Shown here: in pieces, positions 46,358-55,400 of the stretch | How positions within the stretch are numbered: position 1 is the stretch's first letter | Layout: each line of letters begins with the position of its first letter | Virus record (IMG/VR): IMGVR_UViG_2873571580_000001 | Strand: one strand, 5' to 3' | From: a virus | Lineage: Duplodnaviria; Caudoviricetes | DNA length: 64,000 nucleotides | Notes under the pieces: model-generated | What the model was told of the DNA's origin: nothing | The model's database searches: none | The model's input: the letters and a program-made list of their open reading frames with translations, nothing else | Translations under genes and position numbers: made by a program

Positions 46358-47116
46358 TCAGAATTGCCACGTTAGCCCTAAAAGGGGGCCCGCCATGTGG
46401 ATGTCAATCAAGGTGCCGCTGCGGCGGTAATCGAGTGACAGATAGCGATAGCCAGCCGAGACGTAAAACGAGTCCTGCAGCTTGTAATTCAACGTTCCAA
46501 TTACCTGCCAGGTGGACTTGGAATCCACGCCAAAACCGCCAACATCGCCATACACAAGGGCAGACCACCGGGGCGTCAACGCTTTGTTGAAACGCACGGC
46601 AAGGACGGGGTCTACTATGGAAAGACTGGACTTCGCGTTGATCCCAATCGCTGGAGCACGAGCTGAGACCTTAATGTCCCAAGCTCTCATGCCGGCCAAC
46701 AGGTCCACCGTTGAACCGGGTTCATCAAACGCTCGGTAGCCTCCCGCCAACGTCAGTGAGGTATTGCGTAGTTTGCCGGTAGCGCCAACGCCTGGAGCTA
46801 CTTCTCCGTCTGCGCCAATGCTGGAGTAGGTTAGGTCGCCGAAAAGAATAAGGCGACCACGTTGCGCGAGTCCCGACACAAATGCGGCCGCGTTGAGATC
46901 GTGCAAAACATCGCGAAACGAATTGCTCATCTCAACCGATGGCGTTGCCGCCATGGGGCGTATTGTGCCCCCCATTCCGGCCATCCAAATGTATGGGGTG
47001 ACCTGAAAGGCCCAATGGTCGAATCCCTCCTCCGCAGCGGCAGGCATAGAAAGCAGCATGACGCCTGACATCGCAATCATGCCGTTTAAAGACTTTGATA
47101 CCCAGAGCATTGCCAT
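46358..47116 (-). CDS. Outer-membrane beta-barrel protein
   Basis: Signal peptide; WAFQVTPYIW; alternating strands; terminal LGLTWQF. Confidence 0.75.
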   Translation of the reverse strand: MAMLWVSKSLNGMIAMSGVMLLSMPAAAEEGFDHWAFQVTPYIWMAGMGGTIRPMAATPSVEMSNSFRDVLHDLNAAAFVSGLAQRGRLILFGDLTYSSIGADGEVAPGVGATGKLRNTSLTLAGGYRAFDEPGSTVDLLAGMRAWDIKVSARAPAIGINAKSSLSIVDPVLAVRFNKALTPRWSALVYGDVGGFGVDSKSTWQVIGTLNYKLQDSFYVSAGYRYLSLDYRRSGTLIDIHMAGPLLGLTWQF

Positions 47117-47430
47117 TCGTTGGACCTTCGTGGGTTTGGTCTTGCATCATAGTTGGCCGCACCCGATGATGTCCAGCGAACCAGCAGGTCGCTTAACTTA
47201 TTTTCAAGGGACGAACTTGAACGCCCTACTGTGAACCAGGCGCTCAGCAATTCAAGGCCAAGGACGGCTTTGGGTCGAGACTGCGTGAAAACTCATTCAA
47301 TCAGGAAGTTCAGAGGTCTTCTCAGCATTCCCCGTCTCAAGAAAAACGCATACAGAGCAATCTGAGAGGTCAGTTTTTTGTCGAAGTCAGTGCCGAGCCC
47401 GTTTTCGACCGCCTCGGTAGTATCCGAACG

Positions 47431-47958
47431 CTACTTGTCAACCTTCATCGCTTCAACCCCAGACCGCCAGCAGGTTTCAGCATACCGCTGAAGGTAGTCG
47501 AGCTTTTCGGCGTCAAGCTGGACGGACTCTCGGAGATCGAGAACACGGCTTGCAGCTTCGCGGTCGAGTTCGACGGCTGCATCGCCCAAGCTGCTGGCGC
47601 TTGAATCTGCGGCCCCGCCACCGGTGGGCTCACGCACGACTCGGGTGACGATGCGCACCCCGCAAGTGCCAAGACGCACGCACTCGCGCAGGCTACGGTT
47701 TTCTTGATCATTTTTGGCGATCCTCTCTGTTGCTGATTTGTCGGCTATGCTGATTGCGGCGTTCGCGGCTTGCTCGAGCTTGCGAACTGCGGTCACAGCG
47801 TCGGTCGTCTTCCGCGCTATCCCGGCCAGCACTTCGGCGTGCTGCCGCTTCACGTCGGCCTGATCGGCACCGGTGCGCCAGCCGTTGACGGCCCAACCAG
47901 CGGTAAGGCCGAGCGCGAAGAGAACGGAGGCGATGATGGCTTTGGCGTAGGTGGTCAT
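47431..47958 (-). CDS. Rz: Rz-like i-spanin
   Basis: N-terminal TM, GWAVNGWR, coiled coil, KLDYLQRY. Confidence 0.8.
   Translation of the reverse strand: MTTYAKAIIASVLFALGLTAGWAVNGWRTGADQADVKRQHAEVLAGIARKTTDAVTAVRKLEQAANAAISIADKSATERIAKNDQENRSLRECVRLGTCGVRIVTRVVREPTGGGAADSSASSLGDAAVELDREAASRVLDLRESVQLDAEKLDYLQRYAETCWRSGVEAMKVDK
47445..47711 (-). CDS. Rz1: Rz1-like o-spanin lipoprotein
   Basis: Lipobox LAGC, Pro-rich, embedded in Rz. Confidence 0.75.
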   Translation of the reverse strand: MIKKTVACASACVLALAGCASSPESCVSPPVAGPQIQAPAAWAMQPSNSTAKLQAVFSISESPSSLTPKSSTTFSGMLKPAGGLGLKR

Positions 47959-48158
47959 GCTTGCTCCCATGGCTTACTCTTGGCCTCGGTTTTGATCACG
48001 GCTGAAATCTCGCCCCTCGGCACGCCGTCCTTGACTAGCGCTTGAATGCGTTTCGCCATCCATGCAAGCTCGGCCTGTGGGATGCCAGAGAACGCAGACA
48101 TCGCCGCCACTCCGTTGTAGGTTTTTCCGTCTTTGTTCCTGAATTGCTCAAGCATCAC
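47955..48158 (-). CDS. 67-aa protein between endolysin and Rz
   Basis: Overlap-coupled on both sides. Confidence 0.6.
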   Translation of the reverse strand: MMLEQFRNKDGKTYNGVAAMSAFSGIPQAELAWMAKRIQALVKDGVPRGEISAVIKTEAKSKPWEQA

Positions 48159-48784
48159 AAACCCTCCTCACACAACTCCCCATTGGCATCCGCCCGGACC
48201 ATCAACCCCGGCAGCGCCACGGACACGCCATTGACCGTGCCTCTGTTCCAACGCGGGTTTTCGCGGCACGCGCCCACCAGGTCGCCCGCATTCGCCTTGC
48301 GCAGCATCGTGGACGACGCAAAAGCGCCCTCGCCTTTGTTGTGCAAGAAGTCGATGAACGTGGCTTGAGTGAACGCGCCGTACGTGTCCCACAAACGAAG
48401 AAGCCGCTTTGCAGCGGCCTCGGATCGGATGTAGCGGGCTTTCTCAAGCCGGTAGCAGTCACTCGGCGTGTAGTACCTCAGCACCACATCCGGGCCGGTG
48501 ATCCCGTTGCAAACAGTCAGGGGTTGCCCCTTGCCCAGCTTGTCGATGTACGGGTCGCCAATGTGCCGATAGCTGGACTCGTAGTAAGAGCCCATCACCA
48601 TGGCGATCTTGACCGCCGTGGATGTGCTTGTGTCCTCGGCTACGGCTTGGATGTACTCATTGCGCTTGGCTTCGGCTGCTGCAATGGCTTGCTCGCGCTC
48701 ACCGACAACGTAGCCGCCACCCACCCCACCGAGCAGGACAAGGGCCAGCAGGCCCGTGCGAAGTGCGTCAGGAATTTTGCTCAT
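48155..48784 (-). CDS. Endolysin, GH24 lysozyme with N-terminal membrane anchor
   Basis: YESS...PYIDKLG.GQPLTVCNG.TG; DFLHNKG..AF.SSTML; LPGLMVRA. Confidence 0.9.
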   Translation of the reverse strand: MSKIPDALRTGLLALVLLGGVGGGYVVGEREQAIAAAEAKRNEYIQAVAEDTSTSTAVKIAMVMGSYYESSYRHIGDPYIDKLGKGQPLTVCNGITGPDVVLRYYTPSDCYRLEKARYIRSEAAAKRLLRLWDTYGAFTQATFIDFLHNKGEGAFASSTMLRKANAGDLVGACRENPRWNRGTVNGVSVALPGLMVRADANGELCEEGL

Positions 48785-49025
48785 CACACTCTCCAAACTT
48801 GCACGCCCAGCGGCCCCATCGATACCGGCAGAGCCAGCGGCACAGCTTGCGGCCCAAGTCCGTCTCTTCGCGCATCCACTTGCGTGCGTAGTAGCCGATC
48901 TGCACCAGCAGCAGCACCACGGTCAGAACCATGATGATCCATTGGCCCGTGAGCAAAAACGCCGCTTGCCCCGGCACTTGTCCAGCCAGTCCCATTGCAA
49001 TATCCCTCGCCTCTGTTTGATTCAT
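48768..49025 (-). CDS. Holin
   Basis: Hydrophobic WIIMVLTVVLLLVQIGYY helix, basic C-terminus, upstream of endolysin. Confidence 0.7.
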   Translation of the reverse strand: MNQTEARDIAMGLAGQVPGQAAFLLTGQWIIMVLTVVLLLVQIGYYARKWMREETDLGRKLCRWLCRYRWGRWACKFGECDEQNS

Positions 49026-49040
49026 CGTTGGCCTTTCGGA

Positions 49041-49065
49041 AAAAAGAAAACCCGCCGAAGCGGGT
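49041..49065 (-). terminator. Rho-independent terminator
   Basis: ACCCGC-TTCG-GCGGGT plus T tract on minus strand. Confidence 0.7.
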
Positions 49066-49083
49066 CTGTTGGTGTTGTCAGGC

Positions 49084-49644
49084 TCACAGGGCCTTGGCGT
49101 AGTCGAAGAGCGCCTGCAGGTCGCCCTCGGACAAACTGAGCGATGCAGCCAGCATCTGCACGGTCGGGCTATCGCTCTCAATCGATGCTGCGCCCTGCCA
49201 GTCCACGCGCGCCCGGTAGCGCTGCGTCTCGTCCGGGATCTGATCGATCTGTGCATCGATGTCGCTGTCCTTGATGCCTCGCAGGTCGAACAGCGCGAGC
49301 AGCGCCTGACGTTTTGTGATCGTGATTCGTGCTGCATCTGCTGAGGCCTTTTCATCGGCCACGCGCTGCGCGTCGATTTGCGCCAGCTCGTCGCCGTTCA
49401 GGGCAACGATTTGCCACTTTTGCGTCAGCACGCCGCCCACTTTTTTCGGTGCGATCTGCACGGCCTTATGAGTCGTTGCGTCGTGCTCTGGCTGGACCGT
49501 GGCCGAGTAGCTCTCGAAGTGCTCCAGCACTCCCTCAAACTCATCCGCGATCATCGCCACGCGGCCCGCCTGCGCAAACCACGAGCGCATATCACCAACC
49601 GACAAGCCGAATTCGCCCGTTTCTGTGTTTCGAATGTTGTTCAT
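49084..49644 (-). CDS. Tail-fibre-associated protein
   Basis: ITKRQALLAL...W..A.SIESDSP.V..LA..L.L...DL.ALF..A. Confidence 0.65.
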   Translation of the reverse strand: MNNIRNTETGEFGLSVGDMRSWFAQAGRVAMIADEFEGVLEHFESYSATVQPEHDATTHKAVQIAPKKVGGVLTQKWQIVALNGDELAQIDAQRVADEKASADAARITITKRQALLALFDLRGIKDSDIDAQIDQIPDETQRYRARVDWQGAASIESDSPTVQMLAASLSLSEGDLQALFDYAKAL

Positions 49645-49651
49645 GTGATCC

Positions 49652-50347
49652 TCAATTGATCAGCCCGCCCAAGCGCGTGCCCGTGGCGATCCAAGTGACT
49701 TTGCTGTTGCCGTTGACTGCGTTGCCAGCGGCCACTCCCGCCTGGGCATATGACTCATATCCAGCTGCCGAATAGTTGCCTCCCACGGAGCCATCAGCGC
49801 CAGCAGACCCAGCAGTACCCCATGCGCCACCATTTCCACCGGGGCCGCCGCTGGCCCATGGGCGCGTGCCAACGACGGAGCCGGAATATTCGCTGTAGCT
49901 GCCGCTTGCGCCATTGCCTGCAGCCACAACTGTCAGCGAGCTTGCATTCAGGAAGCCCTGCCCATCACCGCCAGCACCACCCGCACCGCCGACTCGACTA
50001 GCGCTGTAGTCACACCAGACTGATGCTCCCGCGCCGCCCTTGCCGCCGCCACCGCTGATGATGCCGAGATTGTTGATCTCCACGGCGACGCCAGTGGTCA
50101 ATGCGGTTCCTGAGTTCAGCACACCGCCGATCCGCGTGGATGCGGAAATGTTGATACGCAAGCCACCCGCGAAAGCTGTTGATCCAAGATTCAGCGTATT
50201 GATCAGTGGTGCGGTGATGTTGACGATCAGCGGTTTGCTAGGACTCCAGCCAGCAGCAATGGCGAGTGCGCGGATATCTGGATTTGCGACCGAGGCTGTG
50301 ATGTTCAGCGTAAACGCTCCACCACTGGCAGCGATCAATCTGGACAT
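49652..50347 (-). CDS. Glycine-rich receptor-binding adhesin, T-even gp38-like
   Basis: IAAGW...PLIVNIT...EINNLGIISGGGGKGGAG and poly-Gly motifs. Confidence 0.65.
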   Translation of the reverse strand: MSRLIAASGGAFTLNITASVANPDIRALAIAAGWSPSKPLIVNITAPLINTLNLGSTAFAGGLRINISASTRIGGVLNSGTALTTGVAVEINNLGIISGGGGKGGAGASVWCDYSASRVGGAGGAGGDGQGFLNASSLTVVAAGNGASGSYSEYSGSVVGTRPWASGGPGGNGGAWGTAGSAGADGSVGGNYSAAGYESYAQAGVAAGNAVNGNSKVTWIATGTRLGGLIN

Positions 50348-51498
50348 CACCATGGGTGCAGCCCTCCGTCGTATGCCTGCCAATTGCCGTCCTGCCGAGC
50401 CACGAGCGTGACAGTCAGGATGTGACTCGCGACGCCTGCGCGGATGCCGCCCACTGGAGCCTTGACATTGCTCGAAAACGCAATCGACGAGACCGAAGGA
50501 AACGAGAACATCAACGTGATCTGATCACCCGGCTTACGCGATGCAGCAAGCGTGACTGTCAGCGGAGCACTGATGTCGATGTACTGCAACGTGGCCTCGC
50601 GGGGGTTCGCCGTGTACGCGGAGCCGGGTGCGGAAACGTACTTCGATTTTTCCATCAGCGAGATGTCGCCGAAGAATCGCTGCCACGAGCTCCACGTCGA
50701 GTCGTGCAGCGAGCGGACGAACATCGACGACTGCTCAGCGCCGGCAAAGACTTGCCATGCGATTTGAGTGCGCCGAGTCCCGGAGCCAAACGTGAATACA
50801 TTCCAGTACGACGGAAACCCCGATGCAGGCCAGTCCGCGCCAGCAGATGCAGTACCGGGAAAAGTCGCCCACTGCCCCAGTGGCGCATCAGACATGTACG
50901 CTGCCTCAGCCATCATCTGAGCGCCGCTTGTCACTGCATTGGTGATCCCGTACCCACTGACTGTTGACGGCTTGTTGAGCACCTGAGTCGCCCAATCTAC
51001 CGTGGCCGGATTCCCCACACCCACAACCCACGCAGTGCCAGACCACCAGTGCCAGCTGGAGCTTGTCGTGTTCGTGTACCACGCGCCCACCTGGAGCGCC
51101 GCGCCTTGGTTGTCGGTCGTTGGGGCGGAGGTCTTCGCGCCGAGGTAGAGCTTCTGCATCGTGGCGAGGGATGCGGCTGCCGTGCCCGCACTGGTCGATG
51201 CCGCCGAGGCACTGCCAGAGGCAGCCGTTGCCGATGAGGCTGCTGCATTCCGGTAGCCCATGGCGGCGTTCGCCTGCCCATCCGCAGCCGTCGCAGATGC
51301 TGCTGCCGCACCAGCGCGTTCATTCGCCGCCGTCGCGTTGTTCCACACATTTTGGATCGCCGCATTCATCTGGCTTACCAGCTTTTTCAAGGCCGCGACA
51401 AGGTTGAACGACTTCGTGTTGAACTCTGCTGGCGTGTCCGTTGGCAACGGCTCAGGGGGCAGTGCGTCAATGCCAGGTGGCGTGACAATATCGGTCAT
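50347..51498 (-). CDS. Tail fibre protein
   Basis: Ala/Ser-rich shaft, YLGAKTSAPTTDNQG, knob-like RRTQIAWQ...FVRS. Confidence 0.8.
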   Translation of the reverse strand: MTDIVTPPGIDALPPEPLPTDTPAEFNTKSFNLVAALKKLVSQMNAAIQNVWNNATAANERAGAAAASATAADGQANAAMGYRNAAASSATAASGSASAASTSAGTAAASLATMQKLYLGAKTSAPTTDNQGAALQVGAWYTNTTSSSWHWWSGTAWVVGVGNPATVDWATQVLNKPSTVSGYGITNAVTSGAQMMAEAAYMSDAPLGQWATFPGTASAGADWPASGFPSYWNVFTFGSGTRRTQIAWQVFAGAEQSSMFVRSLHDSTWSSWQRFFGDISLMEKSKYVSAPGSAYTANPREATLQYIDISAPLTVTLAASRKPGDQITLMFSFPSVSSIAFSSNVKAPVGGIRAGVASHILTVTLVARQDGNWQAYDGGLHPW

Positions 51499-52412
51499 GT
51501 GAGACCCTCCAATTCGATTTCTGAATCCGCGTAGTCGGTGTAGTTGAGGATGATGTCGAACGACTTGTAGAAGCCGTAAACGGTCGTCGATTCGTACTTG
51601 CTGGAGCCGATCCAGAGGCACGGTGTTGCGCGAACTTCAGCGAGGAAATCGTTGAACGCATCGACCTCGCCCGAGGTCATCAACATCGAGAAGTTGGCCC
51701 GCTTTGCGAAGGCTCGCTCAACGATCAACACGTCCCCGAACTCATTGCGCTCCTTGCGCGAGTAGTCCTGAATTCCGACCCGTGCACCGCGCAGAACACC
51801 CATGGTGAACTGCTTCATTTGTCCCAGCAGAATCACACCGACTGCAAGCTCTGTCGTGCCGATAATCTCGATCACAATCTCTGCTGTTGGGTAGCTCGGC
51901 AGATCGGTTATCAGCACCTGCGTCGGTGTTCGGCGCTCCCCGAATACCCACTCCCACCAGCCAGTCGAGACCGGCGTGCTGGCGAGGTTGTAGGTCTTGT
52001 CGTGGACCGTTCCGTATGTCGGATCGATCATTCGAACCCGCATCGACGTTCCGCCCTTGATGTTCAACACACCGAGCGATGTGATCGCCTGCCCGGGCCT
52101 CAGGCTGTACCAGATGTTGGACGGAAAAACCGTCTGACTGGACACAGATTTATCGAACGCCTTCCATCGGTTCGTTGCCCCGACTTCGAGCCATTTCGGT
52201 TCTGCAACCACTGCCGTTGGATCGTTGCCAACATTGCTGGCAACTGTGCTTTGATAGACCTTGTGCGTTGCGGCCACAATGACCCGATCACTCACGCCAT
52301 AGCTAGCGCTGGCGTTCCATTCACCGTAATCGGCTTCAGGAACACCAGTGCCAATAAGCATTGCAGGGGTGATCGAGACAGGCCGCACTACACGTAGTGC
52401 GGTTGTACTCAT
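51495..52412 (-). CDS. Tail tip/distal tail protein
   Basis: Directly after TMP; RVGIQDYSRKE..EFG...VERAFAKR. Confidence 0.65.
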   Translation of the reverse strand: MSTTALRVVRPVSITPAMLIGTGVPEADYGEWNASASYGVSDRVIVAATHKVYQSTVASNVGNDPTAVVAEPKWLEVGATNRWKAFDKSVSSQTVFPSNIWYSLRPGQAITSLGVLNIKGGTSMRVRMIDPTYGTVHDKTYNLASTPVSTGWWEWVFGERRTPTQVLITDLPSYPTAEIVIEIIGTTELAVGVILLGQMKQFTMGVLRGARVGIQDYSRKERNEFGDVLIVERAFAKRANFSMLMTSGEVDAFNDFLAEVRATPCLWIGSSKYESTTVYGFYKSFDIILNYTDYADSEIELEGLT

Positions 52413-55400
52413 GCAGGTTGTTCCTCTCGTTGCGGTGGCAAGCCGCCACCTTCCCAGCGCTCCACGATCTTTGCGATTCGCAGATTGAGCCGGACGATTT
52501 CACCGGCCTGAGCGCGGTTGTCTTCACGCAGTGCGCGAACCTCTTTCAGCAATTCGCCATCGCTGCCGGATCCGCCGTTTTGAAGTGCTGCCATGAGCGC
52601 CCGGTTATCCGCTGCCGGAATGATTGCCTCTCCCTTGTGAACCATTGCGAGCATGTCGTTCGGAACGTAGTTCGTGCCCACGGCAAATTGCGGGATTCCC
52701 AAGCGCTTGCCAGCATCGATGAGGTCTTGATAACCCCAGCCCATGACTGCCGCGATGTCGTTCATCGAGTAGCCCTGAGCCTTGCCGTCGTTCAGCATGC
52801 CCGCGACATCGCCCGTACCGCGCCACTTGTCGATCCACTTGTCCAAGCTTGTCAGCTCTTCCGAGTTGTCAACGACATACGTTGTGCCAGCGCCTGTGAC
52901 GACCTCGCGATACCAGCCACCCGAACCGGTTGGCCCGCTCTTGACGGGATCACCAGCGACAGCACCGTTGCCCACAGTCGGCCCGGTTGTGCCGGGCTTC
53001 GTGGTCGTGCCTGTTGTGGGTGTCGAGGTCTTGAGGTCGTAGAGCTTGTAGATGTCACGCACGGCCTGCTCGACCGAGATGGTGGCGTCGTACTCACCCT
53101 TGCTGATCGCAACCAGTTCCTTGATGTTGGAAAGCTGGTCCTGCAGATATTTGGTCTGCTTGTCGATGCTCGTGATCTGTTGATCAAGCGCTTCGAGTTG
53201 CAGCTCTGCGGTGGTCTTTTGCTCACCGGAAATCGACTGCAGAGCAGACAGCTTCCCAGCCAGCAGCAGCGTGTCGTAGTCCTTCTCGACTTGTGAGCGA
53301 TATGCCCCCGCATCGATACCGGATCGCGCCGCACTGATCGCCTCGGACAGCTTTTCCTGCTCCGGCAGATAGCCAGTGCTCTGCGCTGCGCCGAGAGCCT
53401 GCTCGATAAACAAGCGCCCTTGCAGGGCCTGCATCTCTGCAGCACTCTCCACCGTGCCGTACAGGTCTCGAGCGTTCTGCCGCACAAGATCAAATACGCC
53501 AGTGATGAGGCTCAGTGACTCGTTCGCCAACGACCGTTGCTCGGTGAGCGCGGCCTTCTGGTCATTGAGTCGGTCAACCTCGCGCGCCGTGGCCTGCTCA
53601 AGGTTGCGCATTGCCTTGTTCTGCGCGTCCTCTTTGGCTTTTCGCGTCGCCTCTGCCGCAGCCGCCTCCGCAGCCTTCTTGGCCTCCTCTGCCGCGCGCT
53701 TGTCCTGCTCCTCCCAAATTTTGCGCTGCTTGTCGATGATCGCGTCGCCGTAGGGCAGCAGCTCCTTGATGCGTTTTTCACGCTCCAGAGCCAGCGCCTC
53801 GGTGTCCTTTCCTTGGGCTTTCAGTAACTCAATGTCGAGATCGAGATTCAGCGTTGCAAGCTGATCGGCGGCGTTGTAGATAGTGTTCAGTACGTCGGAA
53901 ATTCCCATGAGTGCGGCGTAAGTCTTGCGCCCGCTCTCGGTGGTCAGATCCTGCGCATTGAGCAGTGCCTTAAGCTCCTCGCGCGTCTTCGGAATCGAGT
54001 CAACGCCAATAGCCTTCAGTGACTCGCTCACCTGCTTGTTCACCAGGTCGAGCTGCTCAACTTGGCTGAGGTAGTTGCCGATGAAGCTCTGAATGGACGA
54101 TGCAAACGCATCATCACCGCCGAACTGATCAACAAGTGACGAAGCCATGTCAGCGCCGACGACAGACACCTCCAGCAAGTTGTCTTTCATGACATCGAGC
54201 CAGTGATTGACCGCCACCATGCGAGTGCTCAGGCGGGCCAGTGTTTCCGACCGCGTTTCTTCGCCCTGTGTGTACTCATCGGACGCAAGCACCATCGCTG
54301 CCATCTCGTCGGCAATTCGCTTGAATTCCTCCGCAACCTTGGTGTTGATTTCGGAGTCGGTGAGCCCCATCATCGAGATTTTGAGTTTCGATGAAAAGCT
54401 ATCGAGGCTATCTGCACTCAGCCCAATGGACTCGGCCATGTCGGCCACACCATCCTTGACGCCGCCGAACATGTCAGCGAGCCCGCTACGGGTCTCTTCA
54501 TCCAACTCCGAATATTTGGTTTTGTTCGAGCGGAACCAGCCTCCTTTGTAATACTCGAACTTCCGCCCCTCGAAACCCGTTTCGCCGCCGACAGTACCCT
54601 CCACCCCCGCGTCCTTCAGCGTGCGTCCAAACATCTTGTTGAACGTGTACGTCATCACTGGCGCACCAGTCAGGATGTTGGCCCACTTGTCGCCTACGAT
54701 CTTGCCAAGGATGGATGTTTCAATCTGGTTGCCGATGCCCAGCGCTTGGCCCGCGCCCTGTCGCCCAAACTGGTTGATGCCTTGGCCATAGAGCTTGTTG
54801 GACATGAACATGCCAGCGATGACTGCTAGAGGCCATGCGGCAGACATGCCAGAAAACGCACCGGCACTTGCTCCGCCACTCGAAGGGATCATCCCGGTCA
54901 CTGCCGTAGCCGCGCCGCTATATGCACCCGATGCAGCCGCTCCGCCGCCAATCCCCAACAGCCCCTTAATGCCTGTAAGGACAGTTCCCATGATGCCGCC
55001 GCTACCGGTAAACATGCTGTAGATCGAGCTACCCAAGCTCGCGAGATTGGACAAACCACCAAGGCCACTTGAACCGCCTCCGCCCAGACCAATCGCACCC
55101 ATTGCGCCTTGCACAACGGTGTTGATCAGCCCGGAGATCGGAGCCATCACAGCGCTGATGATCGGCTTCAACACCAGTGTGTTGAACATGTTTTTCAGCG
55201 TGTCGCGGAAGTTCTCGGCCATCGACTTGCCGGACTCAAAACCGCGCAGCAGAGCGTCAGTCAGGGACTGGTTGATCTGGTCGGTGGTCTTGGTCCAATC
55301 GTCTTGGATGGCCTTCGAAACAGCGGCCTCACCCTCGATGCGCTTGGCCTGCTCAACAGTCGCACGGGCAGTGTCGCGCCCGACTCCCGGCTCCATTTGG

